From assembly GCA_902780195.1 (NCBI GenBank), contig CACZER010000001.1, positions 24,626 to 88,625 of the forward strand: a stretch of DNA of 64,000 nucleotides, given 5' to 3'. The notes under the pieces are model-generated. The model saw nothing but the letters and a program-made list of their open reading frames with translations. It made no database searches and was not told the DNA's origin. The DNA is from an uncultured Bacteroidia bacterium (GTDB taxonomy: Bacteria > Bacteroidota > Bacteroidia > Bacteroidales > F082). Position numbers and translations under genes: made by a program. Of the stretch, positions 19,539 through 28,304 are shown piece after piece (position 1 is the first letter of the stretch; each line of letters opens with the position of its first letter).

Positions 19539-20579
19539 TTAGTTTTTCTTGATGTTGAGCAGGTTGATTTTCCAAGTGAGGCCAAGGTTGGCTTGGAACT
19601 TGCTGGCGCCATCTACGCTTGTATGTGATCCACAGAGGTGTAGGCGCACACTGCGATCGCCCAAGGGATAATATTCGAAACCAAGGCTCTCGAAGTCAAC
19701 TTTTTTCCCAGGGGTGACATACTGGTCGTAGGCTTCCGTGTTGGGTAACTGGGCTTGGTTGAAGTCGTAGCCGGCCTTAGCGAAAACGATCCATTTCTTC
19801 CCGATGTCGACGCCGATGCCATAGATGGCAGTGATGTCTTGACCAAAGAACCGATCTTGCTCAAAAGAAGCACGGTTGATGACGTCAAGGTACATCTCCA
19901 CGCCTTTGAACTGCAGTTTGTTGCCCAAGGCAATGTAGTTGATGAATTTGCCAGGCTGGTATTCGATCATATTGGCGGAATAGGCCGTCTTGAAGACTCC
20001 GAAGTTGCCATACCACATCAGGTTGTATGCGTAAATACTCTGCATGGCCTGGTTGATGAAAGGCGAGTTGCACATCTGGACTAGGAAATGGTTTTTGCCC
20101 GCGTTGTCCTTGTAATTCAAGGATGCACCCACCTCGTAGCAACATACTGTGTTCCAGAACTCGGTGCCATAGTAGATGTCGATGGGGTTGGAGTCGTATT
20201 CCCAGCCGCCTATGGCCACCACTTGTTTACCGGCAGAAAGGAAAAGGTTGTCGGTGAAGTTCCAGTTGAGGTAAGCCCAGTCGGTGCCTTGGAAAAAGGT
20301 GTTGGCAAAGCCAATGTTGGGCGCATTGATACGCTGACGCAGGTGGTAACTGAACTTACTGCCAATGGTACCATCCAATGCCACAACGAGATATTTTCCT
20401 GCAAAACCATGGTCGGTGCTAGGAGCAACCGTATCATGCCCAGGATGGTAGTCGAGGGTGAAGTCGGCGCGGGTGTTCAGATGCAGGTTGTCCAAGGTGA
20501 CAAAGGACTTCCCGTCTTGCGAAAAGGCCTGCAGAAAGGCGATGATGGATAAAAAGGTGAGGAGTAACGCTTTTCTCAT
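19539..20579 (-). CDS. putative outer-membrane beta-barrel porin
   Basis: Has a signal peptide (MRKALLLTFLSIIAFLQAFSQ), alternating amphipathic beta-strand patterns, an aromatic-rich composition and a C-terminal strand. The start is moved to the ATG at 20579 because the -7 box overlaps the longer ORF start. Confidence 0.55.
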   Translation of the reverse strand: MRKALLLTFLSIIAFLQAFSQDGKSFVTLDNLHLNTRADFTLDYHPGHDTVAPSTDHGFAGKYLVVALDGTIGSKFSYHLRQRINAPNIGFANTFFQGTDWAYLNWNFTDNLFLSAGKQVVAIGGWEYDSNPIDIYYGTEFWNTVCCYEVGASLNYKDNAGKNHFLVQMCNSPFINQAMQSIYAYNLMWYGNFGVFKTAYSANMIEYQPGKFINYIALGNKLQFKGVEMYLDVINRASFEQDRFFGQDITAIYGIGVDIGKKWIVFAKAGYDFNQAQLPNTEAYDQYVTPGKKVDFESLGFEYYPLGDRSVRLHLCGSHTSVDGASKFQANLGLTWKINLLNIKKN

Positions 20580-20597
20580 ACGCAAATAAATTTGCTG

Positions 20598-20605
20598 CAA
20601 AGGTA
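20598..20605 (-). promoter_or_regulatory. -7 promoter box (TACCTTTG) for the porin/transporter pair
   Basis: The reverse complement of CAAAGGTA matches TAnnTTTG, 18 nt upstream of the ATG at 20579. Confidence 0.5.
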
Positions 20606-20640
20606 AGAATTAAAAGCGTGGGATTAGAATTTGTGGCAAC

Positions 20641-20670
20641 AAAAAAAACGGGGCGGATGATTCCGTCCCG
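20641..20670 (-). terminator. rho-independent terminator of hsp20
   Basis: The minus-strand RNA reads CGGGACGGA-AUCA-UCCGCCCCG (one A.C mismatch) followed by U8. It starts 25 nt after the hsp20 stop codon. Confidence 0.7.
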
Positions 20671-20694
20671 TTGTGGGGTTGTTTTGGGAAGACT

Positions 20695-21111
20695 TTAGCA
20701 GACTTCGATGGTCTGCATGGCCTGTTTCTTTTCTTCAACGGTCACCTTGGGGATGACGATGTCGAGGATGCCGTTTTCTACCTTGGCGCTGATCTGTTCC
20801 TTGTGGATGTCCTCAGGCAGCATCACTGTCTGGCGGAAGTGTTCGACCGAGAACTCGTGACGCAGGTAGCGCATTTCTTCCTTCTTCTCGTTCTTTGTCT
20901 CCTTGACCATCTCGACAACGAGGTTGCCTTCGGCATCGATGCTCAACTTGACGTCTTCCTTGGTGAGACCAGGGATGCAGAGCTCAAGTTTGTAGTTGTC
21001 CTTCGTCTCCATGATGTTCATGCGGGGCGTTGAATACGTTGTGTCGTTCCAGTTCATCAGTTCGTTGAACAGCGTAGGCATAAAGTCTTGATTTCTTCTA
21101 GTTACTAACAT
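20695..21111 (-). CDS. Hsp20/alpha-crystallin family small heat-shock protein
   Basis: 138 aa with an alpha-crystallin domain (PRMNIMETKDNYKLELCIPGLTKEDVKLSID...NGILDIVIPK). Confidence 0.9.
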   Translation of the reverse strand: MLVTRRNQDFMPTLFNELMNWNDTTYSTPRMNIMETKDNYKLELCIPGLTKEDVKLSIDAEGNLVVEMVKETKNEKKEEMRYLRHEFSVEHFRQTVMLPEDIHKEQISAKVENGILDIVIPKVTVEEKKQAMQTIEVC

Positions 21112-21216
21112 GGTTTTGATCTCCTATTTTTTAGTTGTTTATTTAATTTCGATTGACGACTCCATCTAGTCAAATTCTTTGCCAAGGCCAAAAACGGGTC
21201 AAAAGCCTTGTTTTTA

Positions 21217-21275
21217 ATGACAAAATTTCCGATTTGCATAGTTTTTTTGTTATTTTCGCATGACAAAATTTCCGA
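21217..21275 (+). repeat. two perfect 16-nt direct repeats ATGACAAAATTTCCGA (21217-21232 and 21260-21275)
   Basis: The copies are identical 16-mers with starts 43 nt apart. They lie in the hsp20/MFS divergent intergenic region, upstream of the MFS -7 box. Confidence 0.8.
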
Positions 21276-21306
21276 AAATAGGATAAAAATCTATCATTTA
21301 ATTCCG

Positions 21307-21314
21307 TACTTTTG
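21307..21314 (+). promoter_or_regulatory. -7 promoter box (TACTTTTG) for the MFS gene
   Basis: Matches TAnnTTTG, 46 nt upstream of the ATG at 21361. Confidence 0.5.
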
Positions 21315-21360
21315 CAAGCCAAAATGCTTTACATCCAAACGAGTTAAACGAATTGTAGTC

Positions 21361-22554
21361 ATGGAAGAAAAACTATTCAATAAGAATTATCTCTGCCTTT
21401 GTGCGGCTAATTTCTTGTTTTTCTTCTCGTTCTACCTGTTGCTTCCAGTGTTGCCCTTCTTCATTATGGAGAAGTTTCAAGCTGGCAATGCTATCATTGG
21501 TACCGTCATCTCTTGTTACACGTTAGCTACTTTGGTGGTGCGTCCCTTCTCAGGCTATATGATGGACACTTTCAAACGTAAGCCTTTGTATTTGTTGGCA
21601 TTGTCCATCTTTACAGCCGTGTTTGTGGGCTATCTTTTTGCCGCTACCATTACCATCTTAATAATAATCCGTATTGTTCACGGCTTGGCTTTTGGCCTCA
21701 CTTCGGTGGGCGGCAACACCTTGGTCATCGACGTGGTGCCGTCGGAACATAGGGGAGAGGGCATCGGCTATTATGGCGTGGCCAACAACATCGCCATGGC
21801 GGTCGGCCCGATGACAGGCTTGTTTGTCTACGAGCATTTCAGCTTCAACGCCATCTTCATGGGTTGTATGGCTTGCAGCCTGTTGGCGGCTTTGTTTGCC
21901 TCAAGGATTCAGACCAAAGTAAGGCCGCCCGTGAAACGTCCTCCTATCTCTTTGGACCGTTTCATTTTGTTGAAAGGCTTGCTGGCGGGCATATCGTTTA
22001 CCTTGTTGGCTTTCGCCTATGGACAGATCTCCAATTACATCGCCCTTTATGCCAAGGAGATGGGCTTGACCATCAGTAGCGGCTTGTTCTTCACGGTGTA
22101 CGCCGTCGGCCTAATTGCCTCGCGATTGTTTGCCGGCAAGATGGTCGATAAGGGCAAGGTGACGCAGACCATTGCCTTAGGTTTGGGTATCGTCGTGTTC
22201 GCCATGTTCGGACTAGGTATGTGCCATCATTGTAATGCTTTGGGTACAGACTACACGGCCGCGGCTTTCCTTTTGATCGCCTTGTGCTGTGGCTTGGGAT
22301 TTGGCGCAGCTTTCCCGTCGTTTAATGCCTTGTTCATCAACCTGGGCACCAATGCGCAACGAGGCACCGCCACATCCACCTATCTCACCACTTGGGATCT
22401 AGGTCTTGGCATCGGCATCTTCTCGGGCGGCATGCTTGCCGAGCATTTCTCGTTCTCGGCAGCCTATCTGGTGGCTTCGGCCTCGGTGTTGGTATCGCTC
22501 ATCTTTTTTGTTGTCATTGTGACGCCTCATTATCAGAGAAATAAACTTCGCTAA
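21361..22554 (+). CDS. MFS transporter
   Basis: Has 12 predicted TM helices and an MFS-like loop motif (MDTFKRKP). The start is set at MEEKLFNKNY; the upstream 51 codons of the ORF cover the promoter and repeats. Confidence 0.8.
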   Translation: MEEKLFNKNYLCLCAANFLFFFSFYLLLPVLPFFIMEKFQAGNAIIGTVISCYTLATLVVRPFSGYMMDTFKRKPLYLLALSIFTAVFVGYLFAATITILIIIRIVHGLAFGLTSVGGNTLVIDVVPSEHRGEGIGYYGVANNIAMAVGPMTGLFVYEHFSFNAIFMGCMACSLLAALFASRIQTKVRPPVKRPPISLDRFILLKGLLAGISFTLLAFAYGQISNYIALYAKEMGLTISSGLFFTVYAVGLIASRLFAGKMVDKGKVTQTIALGLGIVVFAMFGLGMCHHCNALGTDYTAAAFLLIALCCGLGFGAAFPSFNALFINLGTNAQRGTATSTYLTTWDLGLGIGIFSGGMLAEHFSFSAAYLVASASVLVSLIFFVVIVTPHYQRNKLR

Positions 22555-23141
22555 TGCAGCCCGTTCTTCCCATAGTCCAGCTTCGTGATGCCACATCAGA
22601 TGACGCGCCTTTCGTTGCACGAGTGGTGTTGGCGGGCATCGACATGTTAGAAATTGATGCTGCCATTCCAGATGAGCAACGTGCCATCTATGAGCATTTG
22701 ATTGATATTTGCCTTATGGGCGACACCTTATACAGCTACCTCAACACACGCATTGCTGAGATTGAAGGATATAGGGTAGGCGCCCTAGTGGCTTACGACG
22801 GAGCTCGCTACGCTGCTTTGCGTGCCAAGACCTTTGGCCTCGTGCAACAGACTTCAGGCATGGATTTGAGCCGCAATGCGATGGAAACCGGTTCGGATGA
22901 GTTCTATCTAGACAGCATGGCGATTCTGTCCGATTACAGGGGCATCGGCATTGGCAAAATGCTGATACGTGACCGCATGGATTTTGCTTTAGGAAATGGT
23001 TTTCAAAAGGTCACTCTGCTTGTCGACAAGGATAAGCCGCGTTTGCAGGGATATTATGAGAGTTTGGGATTTGTCTTCAGCGAAGAGATGTTTGTGTTTG
23101 GGGCTTGGTATAATAAGTTGGAGAAAAATCGAGAGAAATAA
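22554..23141 (+). CDS. GNAT family N-acetyltransferase
   Basis: 195 aa. The acetyl-CoA binding motif is RGIGIGKMLI, and the protein ends in the typical YESLGF. Its start overlaps the MFS stop codon (TAATG). Confidence 0.8.
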   Translation: MQPVLPIVQLRDATSDDAPFVARVVLAGIDMLEIDAAIPDEQRAIYEHLIDICLMGDTLYSYLNTRIAEIEGYRVGALVAYDGARYAALRAKTFGLVQQTSGMDLSRNAMETGSDEFYLDSMAILSDYRGIGIGKMLIRDRMDFALGNGFQKVTLLVDKDKPRLQGYYESLGFVFSEEMFVFGAWYNKLEKNREK

Positions 23142-23151
23142 GGAATTTTTC

Positions 23152-23159
23152 TACTTTTG
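23152..23159 (+). promoter_or_regulatory. -7 promoter box (TACTTTTG)
   Basis: Matches TAnnTTTG, 22 nt upstream of the ATG at 23182. Confidence 0.5.
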
Positions 23160-23181
23160 TCCCAATTAAAACTGTGTTTCG

Positions 23182-24135
23182 ATGAAAAAACTCCTTCTCT
23201 TCGCCCTTATTGTGGCTTCACTTCAGCTTTCCGCCCAGCAAATGCTTGTCGGATCCTACAACATTCGATACAAAAACGCCAACGACAGTCTCCAAGGCGA
23301 GGTGTGGGCCAAGCGTTGTCAGGTCATCTGCGACCAGGTGAACTTCATGGCGCCCGATGTCTTTGGCACGCAGGAAGTGCTATGGTCACAATTGCAGGAC
23401 ATGAAGCAGGCTCTTGATGGCTATGACTATATCGGCGTCGGTCGCGATGACGGAAAACAAGGCGGCGAGCATGAAGCCATCTTTTATAAGAAAAGGAAGC
23501 TACGCCTTCTTGACCATGGCGATTTCTGGCTGAGTGAGACGCCCGACAAGCCTGGTTTGGGCTGGGACGCGGTTTGTATTCGCATCTGCACCTGGGGTAA
23601 GTTTGCCGTCAAAACGCAGAAAGAACAACGAAATGGGGTGTTCAACCGAAAGAAGTCTGAACCGGCTTTGGAATTCTATTTTTTCAACCTCCATATGGAC
23701 CATGTTGGGGTGATTGCACGGCGCGAGGCGGCCAAACTAGTGGTGCAGCGCATTCGCGAGATGGCGGATGGATACCCCGTCATTCTCACGGGCGATTTCA
23801 ACGTTGACCAAAACGATGAAATCTATACCATTTTTACCGAGTCGGGCCTGTTGAAAGACTCCTTCGATGCTGCCCGCATCCGCTTTGCGGAAAACGGCAC
23901 ATTCAATGCTTTCAAGACCAATTATTTCACCACAAGCCGCATCGACCACGTCTTTGTATCGCCTACCACGACCGTAGAGGCCTACGGCGTTCTCACTAAC
24001 AGTTATTGGACGCCTGATGAGGATCCCGACGACACCATCAAGGCCTCCGATGCGCCGCAGCAGATCTCATTTGATACTTACATCCGGCACAATCCTTCGG
24101 ACCATTATCCGGTGTTTGTGAAAATCAAGCTTTGA
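23182..24135 (+). CDS. secreted endonuclease/exonuclease/phosphatase (EEP) family protein
   Basis: Has a signal peptide. It carries the EEP motifs SYNIRY, GTQEV, FFNLHMDHVG, LTGDFN and SDHYPV. Confidence 0.8.
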   Translation: MKKLLLFALIVASLQLSAQQMLVGSYNIRYKNANDSLQGEVWAKRCQVICDQVNFMAPDVFGTQEVLWSQLQDMKQALDGYDYIGVGRDDGKQGGEHEAIFYKKRKLRLLDHGDFWLSETPDKPGLGWDAVCIRICTWGKFAVKTQKEQRNGVFNRKKSEPALEFYFFNLHMDHVGVIARREAAKLVVQRIREMADGYPVILTGDFNVDQNDEIYTIFTESGLLKDSFDAARIRFAENGTFNAFKTNYFTTSRIDHVFVSPTTTVEAYGVLTNSYWTPDEDPDDTIKASDAPQQISFDTYIRHNPSDHYPVFVKIKL

Positions 24136-25003
24136 TTTTTCGCCTCCTAATCTCGCTCCAAGTCTGTAGTACTACTGAAATGATGATCAGTGCGATGCCG
24201 ATGCAGAACGAGAAATTCAATTCCTTGTACTCTCTGAAGATAAACATGGAGAGTATGATGCTATACACAGGCTCCAAGTTGTAAGTCAAATTGACCGTAA
24301 AGGCAGGGATTTTCTGCAACACGATGATTTGCAGCAGGCAGAGGCCGATAGTGCACACCACGACCATGAAAGCGAGATAAGGATAGTCCATGCCAACGGG
24401 ATAGAGCCTTCCGACAGGGATGAACAAATTATATATAGGTATTAGGCAGGTCAGGCCAATGAGACCGCCCACCATTTCCCAAAGCAGCATGTTTTTTGCC
24501 TCGTAATGCTTGCCAACACGCTGGTTGGTAATGGCAAACAAGGCGTACAAGGCCGAAGAGATTACTCCTAGAATGATACCCAAACGATAACGCGAGTCAA
24601 AATGGAAGATAAGGTAGATGCCTAGGATGGTGAGTAGGCTAAAGAAAAACTCGCGCCCAGAGAAACGGTGCTTATTGATAATGGGTTCAAACAAGGCCGT
24701 GAAGAAACCAACCAAGGAGAAACATACTACACCAATGCTGACATTGGAAGCCTTGATAGAGGCATAGAAAAACACCCAATGCAAACACAATAACATACCT
24801 ACGCCACCCATCTGCAGAATGTCCCTGAATCCGTAACGATTCAAATCTTTCTTAATGGCCAAAAAGGCCCACATCAGCAATGCTGCTGCTGCCATGCGCC
24901 ACCATACTAGGATGGCTGAATCCAAGGTGATAAGGCGCCCCAAAACACCGGTGAATCCGGCGATGAAAACGGAGAGATGCAACAGGAAATAGTCTTTTTT
25001 CAT
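24125..25003 (-). CDS. DMT (EamA-like) family transporter
   Basis: About 10 TM helices. The start is set at MKKDYFLLHL, which gives an ATGA overlap with the trmH-like stop codon. The longer ORF N-terminus is His/Arg-rich and implausible. Confidence 0.7.
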   Translation of the reverse strand: MKKDYFLLHLSVFIAGFTGVLGRLITLDSAILVWWRMAAAALLMWAFLAIKKDLNRYGFRDILQMGGVGMLLCLHWVFFYASIKASNVSIGVVCFSLVGFFTALFEPIINKHRFSGREFFFSLLTILGIYLIFHFDSRYRLGIILGVISSALYALFAITNQRVGKHYEAKNMLLWEMVGGLIGLTCLIPIYNLFIPVGRLYPVGMDYPYLAFMVVVCTIGLCLLQIIVLQKIPAFTVNLTYNLEPVYSIILSMFIFREYKELNFSFCIGIALIIISVVLQTWSEIRRRKIKA

Positions 25004-25770
25004 GGTTTTCTCCTTTGGCGGATAGCCTCGAAGGTGACGATGGCTGTGGTCACTGACACGTTGAGCGAGTCGGCGATGCCGTTCATGGGGATGATGATGT
25101 TCTGGTCGGCAGCCTCGACCCAAGCATCGGAGATGCCCGTAGCCTCAGTGCCCATCACGAGGGCAGAGGCCTTACGAAAATCGGCCTCAAGGTAGTCGAT
25201 GGAGGCCTTGAGGTAGGTGCAGTAGATGGTTATGCCGTTCTTTTTCAGCCAGCTGATGCATTCTTCAGTTGAGCAAGCATAGACAGGTACGCTGAAGATG
25301 CAGCCGATGCTAGCGCGGATGGCGTTGGGGTTGAAGAGGTCGGTGGCGGGGTCGGCCACGATGACGGCGTCGACACCAGCGGCGTCAGCCGTGCGCATCA
25401 CGGCCCCGAGGTTGCCTGGCTTTTCCACTGTCTCCAGCACGATGATCAAGGCGTCTTTTTTCGGTTTGAACTCGTCGAGGCTCTTGTATTTGGGTATGGC
25501 TACGGCTATAAGGCCATCGCTGCCTTCGCGGTAGGCGATCTTGTCGAACACCTCTTCCGTGACGGTCTCGATGAACTCGGCTTTGATGGCGAGCGGTCCG
25601 CGCAGCAACGACTCGCAGACATACAACTGCTCAATCACGAAGCCGCACTTTTGTGCACGCTCAATCTCGCGCTCTCCTTCAATAAGAATGCGGTTCTGCT
25701 CACGACGCTCAGAAGCCTTCTGCAGTTTGACGAGATTCTTGATTTTAGGGTTTGTCTTGCTGGTAATCAT
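25000..25770 (-). CDS. TrmH/SpoU family RNA 2'-O-methyltransferase
   Basis: Has the SPOUT motifs LETVEKPGNLGAVMRTADAAGVD, LVMGTEATGIS, IPMNGIADSLNVS. Confidence 0.85.
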   Translation of the reverse strand: MITSKTNPKIKNLVKLQKASERREQNRILIEGEREIERAQKCGFVIEQLYVCESLLRGPLAIKAEFIETVTEEVFDKIAYREGSDGLIAVAIPKYKSLDEFKPKKDALIIVLETVEKPGNLGAVMRTADAAGVDAVIVADPATDLFNPNAIRASIGCIFSVPVYACSTEECISWLKKNGITIYCTYLKASIDYLEADFRKASALVMGTEATGISDAWVEAADQNIIIPMNGIADSLNVSVTTAIVTFEAIRQRRKP

Positions 25771-26653
25771 GGCTTTTTCCTTTCAATTGTGATAAGACTA
25801 ATCCGAACACCACCAGCAGAATGCCGATGATTTTATTTGTCGTCAGGGCTTCATGGATGATGAAGTAACTGAAGATGGCCGTGAAAACAGGAATCAAGTT
25901 GGAATATACATTGGCACGTGAGGCACCAAGTTTGCTGAAAGCAAACGCCCATAAGGCATAGGCAAATGCACTGCAAAACACGCCCAAGCAGACCAAAGGA
26001 ACTATGTACCCACCCACGTTGGCGAAGTTGGACGGCTCAAAACGCTCCATGATGAGGACCATAGGGGCGAAATACAACATGCCGATGATGTTTTGCACCC
26101 AGGTGATGGTCAGGGGTTTGTAAAGCTTTGTTAACTTGATGAGCGCAATAGAATAGCCCACGGCTACCAACACGGCTCCGAATAGGAATAGGATGCCTTT
26201 AGTTGAAGCAATGAATTCAAGGTTTTTGTTGAGCAGCATGATGATGACGCCGACGAAAGAGACGATGAAACCTACGATGTTCATGGGCGTAAGCCGTTCT
26301 TTTAAGAAGATGTGTGCTGCTACAGGGGTCACCAAAGGGATCATGGCGATAATACCTGAACCGATGACTGGAGAGGTGTTTTTCAATCCGTAGCCCTCGA
26401 AAATGAAATAAAGGAAGGGCTCAAACATGGCCGCCAGGGCGAAAAGGCCTAGATGTTCTTTCTTGACTTTTTCGTTCAGCCGAAATGTATATAGTATTGC
26501 GGTGAAAAAAAACGTAGCCACCACAAGGCGCATAAAAATGGTTGCCGTTGGGTTGAGGTTTTGGTAGACTTGTGTCGACCAAACAAACGACATGCCCCAG
26601 AAAACCATGGCGATAACGCCTGCAAGGTGAACTATGTAGTTCTTGTTTTTCAT
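25745..26653 (-). CDS. DMT (EamA) family transporter
   Basis: 302 aa with 10 TM helices and the two-EamA-repeat architecture. Confidence 0.75.
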   Translation of the reverse strand: MKNKNYIVHLAGVIAMVFWGMSFVWSTQVYQNLNPTATIFMRLVVATFFFTAILYTFRLNEKVKKEHLGLFALAAMFEPFLYFIFEGYGLKNTSPVIGSGIIAMIPLVTPVAAHIFLKERLTPMNIVGFIVSFVGVIIMLLNKNLEFIASTKGILFLFGAVLVAVGYSIALIKLTKLYKPLTITWVQNIIGMLYFAPMVLIMERFEPSNFANVGGYIVPLVCLGVFCSAFAYALWAFAFSKLGASRANVYSNLIPVFTAIFSYFIIHEALTTNKIIGILLVVFGLVLSQLKGKSHDYQQDKP

Positions 26654-26716
26654 GCTGCAAAATTACGTTTTTTTGAGATTGTTTTTCCGGTATGGAAAAA
26701 TTCGGCAAGATTTTTG

Positions 26717-26724
26717 TATGTTTG
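26717..26724 (+). promoter_or_regulatory. -7 promoter box (TATGTTTG)
   Basis: Matches TAnnTTTG, 52 nt upstream of the ATG at 26777. Confidence 0.45.
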
Positions 26725-26776
26725 CAGTCTTGAAAGAAGACAATCAAATTAGTTTAATATTAAAAAATCTATCAAA

Positions 26777-27286
26777 ATGAAAAAGTTAAGTATTATCTGC
26801 ATGACGATTTTGGCGGTCTTGTCAATGGCTTCTTGTCGCGGTCGCGATGGCAACGCCAATGTTGCTTCTTCAACTGTGGTTGTTCATTCTGATGACTGGC
26901 AGTGGGTCAACAACTGCCAATGGATGGTGACCATCGACTTTCCGGCCATCAATGGTAATGTGTACAACCATGGCGCCGTGCTTGTCTACATGAAGGTTGG
27001 CAGTGCCTGGTCACAAGTGCCGTTGACGTATTATTATCAATATACAGCCCACTATGAGGATGGCACCCAAGAGGTCCTCAACTGCGAGGCCTCCATCGAG
27101 GTGGCTACTTTGAACGACGGTGGCGTGAGCTTGTATTGGACGGAGAGCGATTTCTTCGATGGCATGCGTCCCGACAAGCATGAGTTTAAGATCGTTGCTA
27201 TCGAAGCTTCGGTATATAGTCACCGCAGTGATGTCGACTACAGCAACTATGAGGCTGTGAAGACCGCCTTCCAACTGGCTGACTGA
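26777..27286 (+). CDS. hypothetical lipoprotein
   Basis: Has the lipobox LSMASC at the end of the signal peptide. It is 169 aa and I recognise no family. Confidence 0.6.
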   Translation: MKKLSIICMTILAVLSMASCRGRDGNANVASSTVVVHSDDWQWVNNCQWMVTIDFPAINGNVYNHGAVLVYMKVGSAWSQVPLTYYYQYTAHYEDGTQEVLNCEASIEVATLNDGGVSLYWTESDFFDGMRPDKHEFKIVAIEASVYSHRSDVDYSNYEAVKTAFQLAD

Positions 27287-27311
27287 TAAACAATAACGGT
27301 GATTATAAGAT

Positions 27312-27346
27312 GTAGAGACGTAGCGCGCTACGTCTCTACTTTTTTT
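27312..27346. terminator. GTAGAGACG-family perfect palindrome hairpin plus T7 tract (copy 1 of 3)
   Basis: GTAGAGACGTAGCG|CGCTACGTCTCTAC is a 14+14 nt perfect palindrome followed by TTTTTTT. It lies between convergent genes. Confidence 0.75.
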
Positions 27347-28304
27347 ATTGCATAGCCAAGGAGAACCACATGAAACCGATGTAGCCTAAGGTTAGGAATG
27401 CGCCTTCCCAACGTGAGATTTTGCGTCCTTTGCCTGTGAAGACAAACAAAAGCATCAGGATGTTGGCGGCAAAGAGAATCATGAGTTGCTGGTTCATCAT
27501 AGGCTCGAAGGGTAGCGGCGTGATGATGGAGCTGATGCCTAATACCATAAAGATATTCAAGATGTTTGAGCCTAATACATTACCGATGGCGATGCCGGAA
27601 TTCTTTTTCAGGGCAGCCACAATTGAGGTGATGAGCTCGGGCAACGAAGTGGCAGTGGCGACTATGGTAAGCCCGATGGTACTATCGCTCATGCCCCAGT
27701 TGTGGGCAAGGATCTGGGCATTGCGTGAAACCAGTTCACCTCCAATATACAGTCCAACGATACCAGCCAAGAGTGCAAGAATGGTCTTGCCCCAAGGCAT
27801 GGCTTCCTGCACGTTTTCGGCCTCTTCTTTAGGGTCATTCTTAAGCATGGTGAGTAGCAGATAGGCGAATCCCATGAGCAAGAGTACGATGCCTTCGACC
27901 CAGTTGATGGTGCGCGCCTGCCTGGTGAAGAAGTAATTGGCCATCAAGGTGATGGCGAGTGTGGCGACAAATCCTGCAGGAATGTCGCGTCGGATGGATA
28001 TGCGGTTTACGTCGATAGGCCAAATGAGAGCGCTGACACCCAATATGAGCAAAATGTTCATGGTGTTGCTACCGATGATGTTGCCGATGGCAAGACCTGG
28101 ACTGCCTTTAGCGCATGAGAACACATTGACAATCATTTCTGGTAACGAGGTGCCAAAGGCTACGATGGTCAAACCGATGATAAGGGGCGACAGCTTGGCG
28201 CGGATGCCCACGCTGGTGGCCCCGTTGACGAGCCAATTGGCCCCCAAAATCAAGGCGACAAAGCCGACGATGAGCAGTAATAGAGGTACCAGTGAATTCA
28301 TCAT
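27345..28304 (-). CDS. calcium/sodium antiporter (CaCA family, YrbG-like)
   Basis: Has two alpha-repeat motifs (GTSLPE at both AFGTSLPEM and ATATSLPEL), is 319 aa and has about 10 TM helices. Confidence 0.85.
   Translation of the reverse strand: MMNSLVPLLLLIVGFVALILGANWLVNGATSVGIRAKLSPLIIGLTIVAFGTSLPEMIVNVFSCAKGSPGLAIGNIIGSNTMNILLILGVSALIWPIDVNRISIRRDIPAGFVATLAITLMANYFFTRQARTINWVEGIVLLLMGFAYLLLTMLKNDPKEEAENVQEAMPWGKTILALLAGIVGLYIGGELVSRNAQILAHNWGMSDSTIGLTIVATATSLPELITSIVAALKKNSGIAIGNVLGSNILNIFMVLGISSIITPLPFEPMMNQQLMILFAANILMLLFVFTGKGRKISRWEGAFLTLGYIGFMWFSLAMQ

Noticed and set aside
21208-21360. The N-terminal 51-codon extension of the MFS ORF. Similar upstream extensions occur at 24125-25123, 29014, 30405, 19539-20600, 9624 and 53225.
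   Set aside because: These extensions start at non-ATG codons or run through promoter boxes, repeats or neighbouring genes. The internal ATGs give canonical N-termini (a signal peptide or a conserved start such as MFEGLSEKL for Ffh).
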